A DNA stretch of 64,000 bases from Felis catus (lineage: Eukaryota): contig NC_058369.1 in the NCBI RefSeq assembly GCF_018350175.1, forward strand, positions 20,710,001 to 20,774,000, written 5' to 3'. The notes below the pieces were generated by a model. That model saw nothing but the letters and a program-made list of their open reading frames with translations, had not been told where the DNA came from and did no database searches. The translations under genes and the position numbers were made by a program. This document shows positions 35,235-48,500 of this stretch, in pieces; the stretch's first letter is position 1; every line of letters starts with the position of its first letter.

Positions 35235-38200
35235 TCAGGCTTCAGGGTTGCCCGAGGGATCCCCCCAGCCATTCCTGCTCAGCTGCTCGGCCTGCTGTCC
35301 TGTCAGGTCCCTGGCTCTGGTAGCGACTGGGACCGCTCTTGCTTTCATGTCTCTTCCTGGCTCTGGATGGCTGTTCTCTGATGCTTGCAGGCAGGGGGAA
35401 GACACAGTGAGGGAAGGTCGGCAGCAGGTCCCACAGCCCTGGGTCAGAATCCCTGGCCCTGGTGGTCTGGCACTTAGATTGGGGTCTGGAACAGAACCAC
35501 TTCCTCATTTGGGCCAGTTTTCTATCCACAACCAACTGGAGACCATCACCCATCTCCATTCCAAAGGTAAGAAAACGACACCCCCAAATGAAGGCACCAA
35601 ATTAGGGTCCTGTCTATACCTCAGGCTCTTCACCTCTATACCTGGAGGGACTTCCCAGACTGGGAGGTGAGCGACTGAGCGACCCCGAGCCTAGGAGGGC
35701 CTCTGCCTGTCCAAGTCCAGTGAGGACCATTGCAGGAATATGCCACCTGGAAATTTGGCCCTAACTCCGCTTCCAAGCCCCCTTTTTCCTCTGTAATGGA
35801 AGGATAACGCCAAGCTCGCAGGAGTCCTGGACACTATGGGTTTTGACTCAGGATGGCACCCAGCACTTCTTAGCTTGACCCATGTTGGCAATGCTTGTCA
35901 TCATGTTGGCTTTCTGGAGGCTGAGCCCTTGCTCCCTGGCCTCTCCTGCACACCCAGCACGACCTAGCTGTCTAGCCTGCCCATGCCCCCAGCTGCTGGG
36001 GCTGCATGCGCCTTATGGGCCAGGGCCAGCGTTGCAGACGTGGCTGCAAAAAACCTGCCCACCTCCTCTGGCTTTGGACAGAGTGCTGGCAGAGGGGCAG
36101 GTGCTATCTGGGAGCCGGTGTGCTCCCGGGCCTGCCCACCGGTCACACGGCCAACCCCAGCCATCGCCCAGCCTGACCCATGCTGGCCACTATGGCTGAG
36201 CTCACATTCCCCCCATCGAGAGCTGGGTGAGTGCCTGTGCGTGTCAGGCCCGCACCTGGCACTGGGTGAGTCTGCTGTGAGCAAGGCAGGCTCGGTTCCT
36301 GTGTGGTGCCGCCTACAGCCAGCAGAAAGGCTCAGATTAAGAAACAATACTTTCTATTAATTTTACCCATTTGTCTGTGGGCTTTCCCAAGAGGTTTTGC
36401 CACCTTCCCTGAGGCTCCACGGAGGCTGTGGGCCTTGGTCCAGTGAAAAGGAAACTTTCCCTTCATACATTTAATAAAACATTGAAACATTCTGGGAGGG
36501 AGTTTCCCCTCTAAGGCTGCTATAAATTCTCACAGCATCCCGCACGGACGTCAGCCGCTCACGGAGGCTGCTCCTCCTGGCGGCTGGCCCTTTCTCACTG
36601 AGCTGGCCTGGGCTGTAAGGGCTCTGAAAAGGTGCACTGCACCCTGAGAGGCAGGGCTGAGCTGAAAGAGAGTCACACTCCCCCTGTGCTGGCCAGAAGC
36701 CGTCGAGGGGTCTGTACCTCGTAAAAGTGGCGGCGGAAACAGCCCCTGGCTGGCCCAGAGCAGCATTCCTGGAAGTTTCCACAGGCTGCTGCAAAGCTTG
36801 TGCCGAGCCAAGCTCCAAAATCATTCTTCATCCAGACTTTTTCCGATGGTCCCGGACTCCAGGCCACAGTGGGGGAGCCCGCCTGCTTTTCCTCTTTGCC
36901 CACCCCCTCCCTGCCCCTTTAAACTTTTCACAGGGACCGAAGTTTCAAGTGTGGAGGCAGCGGGTGCTGGGCCAATGTCAATACCGGGGGTGCCACGCAT
37001 TTCATGAGGCCTCCACTTAGTTCCATGGGGGGGGGGGGGCATACTTTAGCTCGGTAGAAATAGGGCCCTCCTGAAAGGAGGGTGCCAGCCCAATTTTGGG
37101 CCCTTCCTGGGGGAGCTTTGAGAGGGTGCTTTGTGGCATGTTGTAGACAAAAAGGCTTTCACAAGTCCACTACTCCTCAAACCTGCAGCTCCTTCCTCTC
37201 CCTGACGTTCTCCCACTTCCCCCCTTTTCTAGCTGAGAAAGACTCGGGAAGAGTCATCATCTCTGTCTTTTCTCTCTACTTCCTGTCTCCCCTGTGCCCC
37301 CGGCATACTCTGCCAAGATGCTGGGTGGCAGCCACCATCCAGGGATGAAGTCTACCAGGCTCTTCCAGCTCACATTTAATCCCACCCAACCCCTGTCTGA
37401 GCCAGAAGGATGGGCCAGGGAGAGGACGATTTTTTTGATTTCTGTATGTTAGAATGTTGTCTTGGTGTTCTCTGCTCCACAAGTTTTCCTGAATAATCCT
37501 ACTCTAATAAAACACGAGACTTCACTTTCATGGAAAATGGTGTCTCTCATGATAAAGTAAAACCTAGAAATCCCAACGTCTAGTTTTGCTGATGTGCCTT
37601 CCCTCCACCACGGGAAGGGTCTCCACAGCAATGGAAAGGTTGCCAGTGGGGCATCTGAGGAGCAGAGGTCAAACACACTCAGGGCTGGAGGCACAGACAG
37701 CAGGAGGGCAGGTGGGCCACCTGTAGGGACAGTCCAGGCCACCACGGTGTCACCATATTCCCAGCTGCTGGGGCCTGTGGGAGGGAGGAAGGGAAAGCAT
37801 CTGGGACAGTGTGTGGGTGGGCGAGGGTCTCCCCAGCAAGGGCTGGTTCCGGGACATATCACTTGGCCTTGTTCGCAGTGTGACCTCACCTGCCGGTTCA
37901 GAACAACATGCCCACCCGCACCAAGTGTCAGGCACACAGCAAGCCTCAGTAAACACGTGCTGCCTCAGTGTCCAGAGGGCAGAGGCCGTAGCTCGTTTCT
38001 CCCGCTGTCCAGGGCCACGCCAAGCAGGCTGCTCGCCCTGCTCTGTGCACCGGGTCCTTCCACACGGCGTCTGCAGTGTGGCATGCCTGCCCCAGAGGCG
38101 GGGGGAGCACTACCGAGGCAAACAGCTCCACAGTCTTCCTGACAGCCCCCCACTCCCGCCAACCTTCTCACCCTCCTTTCACTCAGGGCAAATGACAGCT

Positions 38201-38744
38201 GGCCTCACAAGCAGCCCCTGGGCCCTCATGGCCCCTCACCTTTCTCTGTCCAGAGGAGCAGGGGGTGAGAGAAAGTCCCCAAGGAGGTACAGGCTGGTTC
38301 TGGTGGCAAATGGCAATGAGAGAAGCAGCCCTGCTTGACCCGGGCATCTGTGGACCTCTGTCTTCTCAGCAGGGCAAAGGAAATGTGGAGAGAGGGCTGA
38401 GGAGGCCAGTGTTCTGGCTGCTAGGCAGACCTGTCTGGGTAAGGTGACCCATCTCCCAGGACTCCTGCATGGTGGAGTCCAAACTCCTCCAGAAAGGTCC
38501 CTCCTGCCTGCTGACCTTGGAGAAACCAGGCAACTCATTCCCTCTCCTTGGCCCTTGTGCCATCCGGGCAACTTACTCTAGAGTCCCCTCCATAACTGAG
38601 GTGTGGAGCCCAGACTCCAGGGGAGACTGGTGGGAGGACCCGGGACAGGCCCTAGGGGCTCATCCTGATGCTTCTTGACACACTCTGCTCCAGGGGCTGC
38701 TCTCGGCAGCTCATGTTCATGGAGCGCTCGTGATCCTGCCGAGC

Positions 38745-38895
38745 CCTCTTCCACAATCCTTCAGCGTGGGAGCCTTCCACATGCCCATTTTTCAGATGAG
38801 GAAATCCATGCACAGTGATATTAAGCAACTTGCCTAGAGTCACACAGCTTATAAATGACAAACCAGGCCATGACCCACAGCGGCCTGGCTTCAGA
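38745..38895 (-). mobile_element. MIR relic
   Basis: CCCATTTTTCAGATGAGGAAA...TTAAGCAACTTGCCTAGAGTCACACAGCT. Confidence 0.75.
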
Positions 38896-39879
38896 GTTTG
38901 GGCGAAGGCACCGGGAGCTGCACCTTCGCTTTGTCCCCATCAAGCACGTATAAGGTGAGGCCTGGCCTAATTCCTCCCCACTTGCTCCAGCCATGCCTGA
39001 GGGCTACTGGCTACGTAACCCCGGGAGGCCTGTGTGTCCCCCACCCAGTGCCCAAGCTCGAGCAGCCCGAGGAGGAACTCGTGGATCTCTGTTCTTACCC
39101 AGCAACAGTCACCTTCTGTCCTGTCCAGGCCACCTGGACACCTGGCTCCAGATTAAATGAGCAGAAGTAGTAAAAAGGGACACCCCCCAGAGTCACCTAG
39201 CAGTCCCCTCACGCCATCAGGCCACACTCAGAGACAGTTCCTAGGCCTCAGACGCCTCCAATCCCCTATAAAGCAGTCTCTTACCTCACTTAACATTTAG
39301 GTTTGGAACTATCATAAAAGTCATGATTTTGAGCTACAAAAATATTATAGGGTTAAAGGGGACATCCCAACAAGAACCCTTTAATAGACACACGATGAGA
39401 AAGTACCCAAACGCCTGAATTTTAGACACTCTCTTTCACTGGAGTGCGGTGTCACTCAGCGTAAGTGAGCAGTTCCCAAACATGCTGTGGGACTTGCCCT
39501 GGTCACTGCTGGGTGTCCCACCCCTCACAAGACGGGGCTCAACTAAGTAAGGCACCTCTCTCCCTGAACCATGGGGACAGGAAGCAGAATTCAGACCCCA
39601 CACCTGGACACTGTCACCCTCGCCCAACACTGTCCACTTCCAAGGTCACGGCATTCACCTGCCAGCCATGGGGAAGCCTCATGGGACAAAGTCATAGGAG
39701 ACTCAGAAATTTCATCTTCAAAGTCACCCCTGTCAGAGGGTCACTTGGGGGCTTGTTTCTGAACCACCTTCTGCTGCTGTTACCAGCAATTTCCAGAAAG
39801 CCACAGCCCTTGTCATGGGAAACAGTACCCTTAAAAACATTCCTGTTCGCTGTTGAACATAGTCTGTTGTATCTTTAGA

Positions 39880-40046
39880 CCGAGGCTTGGTGTACTTGGC
39901 CTGCTGTCTATTTTGGTAAGTAAGGTTTTACTGTCACGCCCATTTGTTTATGTTGTCTACGGCTGCTTTCTGGCTATGATGGCAGGTTGAATAATTGTGA
40001 CAAGAGACCCTATGGCCCACAAAACCAGATATTTACCAACCCTTGC
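39880..40046 (+). mobile_element. MER58A-like hAT-Charlie DNA transposon relic
   Basis: GGCCTGCTGTCTATTTTGGTAAGTAAGGTTTTA...CACGCCCATTTGTTTATGTTGTCTACGGCTGCTTTC...GAGACCCTATGGCCCACAAAACC...ATATTTAC matches my recollection of the MER58A consensus. Confidence 0.75.
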
Positions 40047-42201
40047 CTCAGACTGTCTTCACTCACTCATCCTCACTGAGCACCCCTGTGTTGGCCCGTG
40101 TCACCCAGGGTGACAACGGTGCACACAGACTCGGCTAGGCCTGCAGGGCGCACACCAGTTTGCAGAGGCAAGTACCAAGCAGTCGTACAGACCAGCAGCG
40201 TGTGCTGGGAAGAACAGAGGGGTTTGGCCTGGGGAAGTGGGCCCGGGAACGGAGCGGTGAGCAAAGGCTAAGGAAGAGTTCACCAGGCAAGCGGGGCAAG
40301 AAGGCGCTGGGGCCAAAGGATCACAGAGCACGGAGCCCCGAGGTGGCAGGGAAGGTAACGAGCAGAGGGATGGATCAAAGGAGGCATGTCTGAGGGAGTG
40401 AGGGAGGGCCTTGTGGAGGCAAGAGATGGGGCCGGGGCCTTCGGGCCATGCTAGGTGGCGGCCTTGCCTTCAGCCTCAGAGCAGAGGACAGGGCTGGTGG
40501 TCCTGGGCCGAGTGGGGAGCAGACCCTTCTGGCCGCCACAGGGGGATGTTGCGCACACGGCTGTGGTTAGGTGTGTTGGAGGCCCAACCAGATACCAACG
40601 AAGTATGATCCCCCACCACGTGGGAGTAAGTCAGAGGCAGATGGGAGAAGGGACCATTCCCTGAGGCCCCAAACACAGGACAGAACACAGGACAGGGGCA
40701 GAGAATGGGCTCCAGACAGGACGGGTTAAGTGTGAGGGCCCTCCGCCTCTGAGTGGGCTGGGCAGGAGGCCTGAGCCAGTAACAGGGCTATTTTGCATTC
40801 TGACACTATCGTCCCTGCTGGGGGCAGAGTGGGGGAGGAAGAGGTAGGGAGAGCAGAGGAACAAGCCCCTGGACACCAGACAGAATCTGGGGCGGGATGA
40901 TACCAGTGACACTGCTGAAGCCCACTGGAAAGTAGCCTAGCCCCTCAGTGGGTGACAAGGAAGGGACAGCCAACGCAGGGAACCTGTCAGGGAGAGTGCT
41001 GGAGGCACAGCGGACCAAAACCAAGAGCATGAGTGAGGCCGGCTCAGGCTGGGGGTGGGGCAGCATTCCCAGCCTGACTTGGCTGCCTGAGCTCTCCAGA
41101 GGAATATCCTCTGGGAGAGGCTGAACAAGGGCATCTTATTCAAATCCTCATCTTCCTGCCTAGGGGAGAACAGACGCTGTGATCTGTCCCCTGTCAAGGC
41201 AACATTAACAGGGCAAGTGGCTTCTCTCACTCACAGTTCAAGATGTGTAAGACGGTTCATGTAACACCCTGAAGGGCCTTCTGAGTGGGGTCTAAAAATA
41301 ACCTATTTTAAAGCGACAGGCTTGTTTTTTTAGTCCCCTAGGAACTATAGTGATGCCCAAAGAAGTTGTGCCAAAATGCCAGTCTTCAGCCACATGTCTG
41401 GCACCCAGGGCCCCCAGCTCCAAGCGGGAGACGACACAACACGAGGGACATCTAGACAGCCATCGTGGCTCTGGACCTCGCTGCCTTGGATATCTTTTCC
41501 CTAATGGCATCAAAGTATCAGATGCCTGCCCATGGCTGCAGGGCTCTGGGAGCTGGAAGAGTTGAGCCCAGCTCCCACACTGGCCCCCTGCCCACCGATG
41601 GCCCAAACTGGCCAGTCCAGGTGCCCTGCGTGGGGCAGAGCCTGGGGGCGTGTATCTCCACTGACTTTTGAGGTGCCCAAGGGGAGAGCCTCCACTCCTG
41701 ATGTGTGACAGGGACTTAGGCATCTGAAGAGTGTTGCCAGAGGCCAAAGAGCATCTACAGGGCCTCTGCCTGACTGTGCTGCCTGAGAGGGCTGGGAGCC
41801 ATGATGCTCCCACGGGCTCTGCGCGGGTGTCACATGGAGGCGGCGAGAGTCCAGTGCTCCCTGAGAGCATAATCCCCACCCTTGGAAGCAGAAGTGGTGC
41901 AACAAAGCAGAAGGGCTGCTCTGCCACCCAGCGCGTGGAGGCCCCGCTCGCTCCCTTCATGGAGCTCTTCATGCTCCTCTCATGGCCGCTCTCTCCCTGG
42001 GCTTGGTGGGCCTTTCCTTTGTCCCTTCTTTCTCCAGTGGACTGCCTACTTCCCAGCCCCGCTCTTCCTATGGCATGACCTCCCCTTCTTTCAGCCCTGA
42101 TGGCCTCTTTTTTTTCCCCACACTGGTTTCCTCTTGAGGCAGGCTTGTCCTGCATTTTTTTTCCTCAGCTCTTTCCCCTAGTCCTCATTTCTACCTCCTT
42201 T

Positions 42202-42431
42202 CTTTTTGTTTTAGTTTTTAAAAAATGTTTTATTTATTTTTGAGAGAGAAAGAGAGAGATGGAGTATGAGCAGGGGAGGGACAGAGAGAGAGGGAGACAC
42301 AGAATCTGAAGCAGGCTCCAGGCTCCGAGCCGTCAGCACAGAGCCTGACGCGGGGCTCAAACCCACGAACTGTGAGATCATGACCTGAGCCAAAGTCAGA
42401 TGCTTAACCGACCGAGCCACCCAGGTGCCCC
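42202..42431 (-). mobile_element. Full-length Can-SINE (SINEC_Fc-like) in the last POC1A intron
   Basis: SINE body ending GCCACCCAGGTGCCCC on the plus strand. TSD TCTACCTCCTTT at 42190-42201 and 42432-42443. Confidence 0.95.
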
Positions 42432-44589
42432 TCTACCTCCTTTTTAGGTCTCTTTTTCATCCCCTTTACACTTGTGTTTGGAGAGAAGGCAAGAAGAAAA
42501 GGAGCAGGATATGTTCAGAGAGTTAGCTCCAAGTGAAGCCTAGGCCCGACATGGCTCACCTACTCTGGGGCTGATATACCTGGGAAGAAGAGCTCTGACT
42601 CAGACTGGGGCCTGGGAGGCCTCTGTGAGGAGACAACAACCCGAGACAGACTAAAGGAAATGTGTTCCAAACACAAGGTATAGTAGGTGCAAAGGCCCTG
42701 AGGCACAGAAGAATATGGCATTGTTGAGGAGGTGAGTACTGTTGGTTTGGAGTGGTTGAACAGGGAAGAGAGTGTGGTGGCCACAAGGAAGGTGGAGGAG
42801 GGACCCTAGGGCCCTTGGCCAAAAAGGGACAGGAACAGGGAAGCCTCCACCCTGGCACTGCCTTATCACACTCACAGGTCTGAGCAAGTACAGCCAGGAA
42901 GATGGGGCTCCTGCATGCCTGTGGTCAGTTTTCAGAACTGGTTCTAGAGTGAGTCTGGGAGAAGAGGCTCAGCCCAGGAACTGACTACGGCCACCAGGTG
43001 CCACAGTCGGAGGTGAAACGGAAGGGGGTGAACTGGCACTTCAGAATACCAAGGGCAGACCTCGTGAGCCAGGGGCCTTCCAGCAGCTGCTCCTCCTCCC
43101 AGAGCACTGCTGCTACTACGACCTTTGCTGAAAGCGTCTCTCCTGTACAGCCCACGAGCAAATGTAGCAGGAAGACTGGAGCCATAACTTCCACAAAGAC
43201 CTGAGGGGCCACAGCACACCAACAGGGCCCTCCTGACCACCTCATCCATCCCCACACATTTGTCAGGTCCGCCACATGCAGCAGACAAGAGACCGGCTCG
43301 AAGGGGCTTCCAGGCACTGGCGTGGCCGCAGCACTGGTCCTGTCTGGGCTGGCTTTTGGGGAAGCTGCTCGACCATGACTGACAGTGAGTAACATTTTGG
43401 AGGAAAGGAGAAAGACAGAAGGTAACCAGCCAGGCTTTCTGTGTGCATTTCTCAGATATTTGGCCAGTTCCTTCTGGAATGCTGCTGCACGTGCAGACCT
43501 CGCTCCAGGCCTCCCCGCAGCACTCCCCACCCCATCCGGCTCCGGCGCAGCCCTTCTGTCCCAGGGCCCCCGACCCCAGCCAGGGAACTTCTCCATGTCC
43601 ACTTTCTGCTCTGAGCAGAGCCCTAGCCCTCTTAGGTGGTTTCTATGGTCAGAATCCCCTCCTGGGCCTCCCTGGAACATGGCCCAGAGGTGGACAGGGT
43701 GGCTGGGCCAGAGAGCAAACATCCAGCCACAGGCGCCCTCGAGCTCTCTGCCAGGCTGGGGGCACCGCAGCGAGGAGAACTAAAATGGGCAGCAGTGTAG
43801 CAGGAAGCTGGGACACTGGGCCACCTGTGTCTGAAGGGGGCCTGGGGGGCAGCGAGGCGAGAGGGTTAAGCAATTGGGGTGGGGGTTGCTGCCCAAGCAG
43901 GCGTGCGGCAGGGCTGCAGTGTGGGGGGAAAGTCAGGCAGAGAGACGTCAAGTATGCGGGGCCAAGTATGTGGGGCCGGGAGAGGGCGGTGGGGGTGGTG
44001 AGCACAGCAGGGCGCCAGAGCAGGGGGGCACCGCAGGAAGGGCTGATGGCATGTAGGAAACCAATCGCATGACTAGACCGTGCTGTTCTCAACTCTTCTG
44101 GCTGCCGAGTCGGGCTGGGCAGCATCCTCACATCAGGGCTCTGCCTCACGAGTGTCCTCACCAGACCCAGGTAGGCTACTCCTGCCCCAGGGCTCCCAAC
44201 ATGAGATGGGTGCCCTAGGCCCCTCTCGGTGACTACTCCGCCCAGGCTCCACCTTCCACCTCGGCTTTCCGGGACTCCTGGGTCACCCTCCACCTCCACA
44301 CTGCTTCTGCCGTGTCCCTTTCCTATCCAGGAGCTCAGGGATAACGGACGAACTCCTTGGCATGCATTCTCATGGCACTCAAGGTCCACACTGCCTATTA
44401 CTATTGCTCTCTCTGACCAAAGCCACCTACCAAAAGCCCCACCTCAGCCCTCTTTCCCCACAAGTCCCCCTCGGCTCACCCCCACGCTCAGTGCCTGCCC
44501 AGCTCCTCTCCCAGGATGTCCTGGCCATAGCACAGGTGCAGACTCTTGGAAAATTCTATTATGGTGACCCCTGGTCCCTACCTTTGTCC

Positions 44590-44715
44590 TGTGTGGTAAG
44601 AGCACAGGCTCCAGAGCTATGCTGCCTGGATTCAAATCTGAACTTGACTGCTAACTTGCTGAGTGCCCTTGGGCAAGTTATCTGACTCAAGGCTTTAGAT
44701 TCCTCATCTGTACAC
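44590..44715 (+). mobile_element. MIR SINE relic
   Basis: GTGGTAAGAGCACAGGCTCCAGAG...GGATTCAAATC...CTTGGGCAAGTTA...TTCCTCATCTGTA, the MIR head and core. Confidence 0.75.
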
Positions 44716-45472
44716 TGCATCTCTCGAGGCTCCGTTGTAATACTGTATCAACAGCTAATATTTACGTGGTCCTTGCTCTGGACATGGGGGTGCACCATGG
44801 GCAACATGGCTCCCTACTTCATGGGGGCCATGGCTAAGCTCTGAGCTGCAGGGGGGCTTGTACAGATGGGGCTTGATGAGGCCCCCAAAGAAGGCAGCCT
44901 GTGGTCAGGCCTGGTAGGGTCTGAGCCATCAGGGCACGTGGTGGTCTGGCTGCTCCTTAAAGTTCTCTTGTGACGGAAAGTTCCTTTTAATCATTTCCAG
45001 GCTTGTGGTTGATTTGGCTCCTCTAGGCGGTCTCCCACAGGGGCTGGGGCATCCCAACCCCCTCCCCCCAAGACAGAAGCCAGATTACCGGTGGTAGTGT
45101 CCGAGGTGCCCTGGGGCTTAGGGAGAGGACGCACCTGCCTGGCCACACCACTGGGGGCCTTTGTGCCAGGCTTCGGGGAGCATCCTGGCACTGGCCATCG
45201 GCTCAATGCCCCTGTCTTGACTGTGCCGCACAGAATGTCTAACTTTCCGTTCGTTTCATTGCAAAGATGGAAAAATATGGAATTAATCTCCCCTCTAGCA
45301 TGGTTTTGACTTCACTCAGATTCTAAAGATCTAAAACAGATGCAATAAAAGGGGAATCTCTTTGCTGTGGGGTCTTGTGAGCTATCAAAACAAAGTGGGG
45401 CTGCTGGGCTCAGCGCCTGCACAGCTCTGCCTTGTCTCCTGCCAGCTCCAGCTTTGTCTGTTGGTGTATGTC

Positions 45473-45476
<4 letters not shown>

Positions 45477-45511
<35 letters not shown>

Positions 45512-45520
45512 ACACACACA
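45477..45520. repeat. (TG)n followed by (AC)n, a self-complementary compound microsatellite
   Basis: TGTGTG...TGTACACACACACA, seen directly. Confidence 0.9.
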
Positions 45521-48500
45521 TGCAGGGCCCTGTCTTGCTGATGGTGCCCTGGTCAGCCAGTTGCCACACGTCAGGGCTGAACAGGGGCCGGAAGGGCCAG
45601 CCTGGCTTTGGGAGGCTGCTGGTCTGAGCCAAGTGCTTCCCACCAGCCAAGGCTCTGCCTCTTTGCCCTGGCCTCTGTCCAGCGCCCAGTGGTCCGTGGC
45701 ACAGGGGCCTTCGAGTCAAAGGGGCAAATGCTGGCCCTCGACAGCCTGCTGACGTCCATCAGTCTGAATGCTGGCATCATAAGGACAGGGGTTTTTGTCT
45801 ATTCTTGCTCACTGCGGTCTTCCTGCTTCCAGGCACAGCTCCTGGCACACAGTAGGTGCACGCTGAGTGCTGGATGGACAAATGCCAGGCCGAGCTCCAC
45901 GAAGATGCAGGAATTCAGGTACTGCACCAGCGAGCCCATCATGTTCCCAAGGCCCAGGCGCAGCCTTACTCCTGGGATGAGACCACCTGGCTGGTGAGGG
46001 ACGCTCCCCTCAGGTTGGGCCTTGGACCTGGCAGGCTTGAGGGGACAGCGGGGGAGGGACTGGAGGCTAGATAGGCCAGAGGGGCCCCTGCCAGCTGGCC
46101 TTGGCCTCAGCAGGATGTGGGGGTGTGCAAAATAGGATGGGAGTCCAGGAAGCAGTCCACTTCCTCCCCTTCCCACCTCAGGCCTGATTTGATGAGGGCT
46201 AGCAGCTTCAAGGCCTGAATTTCAGAGGGGAAGAAATGGGAGAATCCCTCTCCTGCTGACGTCTGACATGCTAACTTGCCCGGGATCACACACAGCTGAT
46301 GCACAACAAAACGTGTTTCTACAGAAATTCCTCCCAATCTCTCTGGGCTCAGCAACTGTCTTTTTAACCAACCCCCTTCACCCAAACGTTTGCTGCTAAC
46401 AACACAAAATGAGCCTTTGTCCCTCGAGCCCACAGGTCTATGTTTCTGTTTCACATTATCTCAGGGATATAGGATTTCTCTGACGTTTTTGCATCCCCCA
46501 GCCCCCACCTCTACTGAGGATTAGCTCTCTTCGGGAAGTCCATGAAACACTATTTTCTATTGGTGGATTAGCCATGGGATTAAAGAATCTTGGCTAATAT
46601 ACCTTCCTTGTGGCTTTAGAGCAGCTCCTTTTAAATGAACACAGGCTTTTCCATATTACTGCTTACCCCCAAAAGAGAAGCTATAAAAAGTAGATCCACT
46701 AACCACTATCCATAAAACGGAATGCTCCTGGGGCCCAGGGGGTGCTACCCACACCAGGACAAAAGTTCTGAGCTGCAGACCCTGCCAAAACTGGCCTGAG
46801 TTCAAGCTCATCTCCTTGTCAGCCCTGGGCAGGACGCCAGGGAGGCAAGGGTCTACCAGGGACACGCCCTAAGGTGCAGGATGCCAGTCACTGCTCAACC
46901 AGCGGCTTTGCTGTACTCTGACTCCGTGGTGAGTCCAAACAGGGCTGAGCACGGGCTGTGAACCTTGGCTTTGGCCACCTTCTGCATTCCATTTCTTCAG
47001 AAGTCGACTTTCCCAACAATCCATAATCCAAAGTGTTAGTTAATTTACCACAACTTGATAAAACACAATCATCCCAAGTCAGAGAGACTGTCAGGTAGCC
47101 TCCTGGAGGCCTCAGTACAGCCTGGCAAGTCAGGCTGTGGCCCCAGCTCGACAGGACCACCTCAGGGAAGAAGGGCTCACAGGCTCCCCCCTGCCCTGCC
47201 AAGGACCCAGCGATCCATGGAGGAAACCTAGCCTCTCATCTTGGATGGTTTTCTAGAGCCACCAACTGGGCCCAGATCAGAAAGGGGGACATGAAACCGC
47301 TCCCCTAAAAGCCATGTCCCACTGAGTTTAAAGCTTCTTTCTGTTTTTTCTCCTCCGCCCAGGGAGAGGGTCTGTACTGACAGTCCAGGCCCAGAGAGGG
47401 CCCTCCGCAGGGTAGGCGAAGGAAGTGGCAGACCTGACTCTAGCTTTCTCTGACCCTGCTCTAGTGGCAGGAGAGTGCCAAACGGCCACAGGGTCAGCTG
47501 TGACTTGGTTCATCACGGAGCCATGAAGGCCTCTTTGGGACTGCCTTTCACAACCAGAATACTCATAGGCCCCTTCTTGTGGCCTGTACTTAACCCTTCC
47601 TTGGATGGCCCGTGGGTCCGCAGAGGAGTGAGAGCAAACCATCTGGGGTCCACATCTCCCCTGCTCTAGAGTAATCCCAGTCAGTCTGAATGAGATGCCC
47701 CTGCATGAGCCTTGTTATCCGGCTCCAGCCCCTGTGCCCCCACCCCCAGCTCTCCAGGCCTGCTCAGGGCCTCACAGGAGAAATCTCGGAAGACTGTGAA
47801 CATTCCCAGGCCCTAGACGCCCTAGAGGCAGCCACCCTAAGCCCATCTGGTGGGGGCAGGGGCCTTCCCTCTTCAGCTTCTCTGGGGAGGGGTGCTCTTT
47901 GCCACAACCACAGATGGCAGAGAAGACGGAGCTTGAGCCTGTCCTGCCTTTGAGCGCTGCTAGCAGCACCAGCCTTTGCTTTTTGCAAAGCCAGGGGAGC
48001 CTGTGGATAAACTGCCAAAAAAGAGTGACAGAGTTGGGGAAGGGTCAGGGCCCAGCCCCTCTGCAACTGGCTAGTCAGACCCCAAGTACGCTTCTGACAG
48101 ACCAGAGAGTGTCCTGTCCCCAGGAAGCAGCTTCTTGACAGAAGAAAAACAAGTCTCTCGTCTCCAAACCCCAAGGGGCAGGAGTTCAGGCTGTTCTGAA
48201 CCTGACTTTGGTCCAAGGGTAATTCTTGAATGTCTATACAGAGGAGGACAGCCAGACGACCTCTGGACTGTGCAGGCCCGGTGGCCAGATGTGCTGTGGA
48301 GAGAGGGTCCACTTTTGTGGAAACCAGCAACCACCACCCCCACGCCACTGGCCGTATGTGTGAGTGATATAGGGGCTGCACACGCCCTATAAACAGGGAT
48401 CCTGGCGGGGGCGTGGGGGCGGCTGGGCAGGGTGCCTTTTACTCTATACCTTCCCAACAAGTTGAGTCTGGGCGCACCTGAGAGGGCTGGCCCCCAGCGA

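Noticed and set aside
41292..44389. Several 200-290 aa ORFs in the POC1A last intron
   Set aside because: Composition is typical of random GC-rich intron translation with no homology recognised. The POC1A frame joins perfectly without them.
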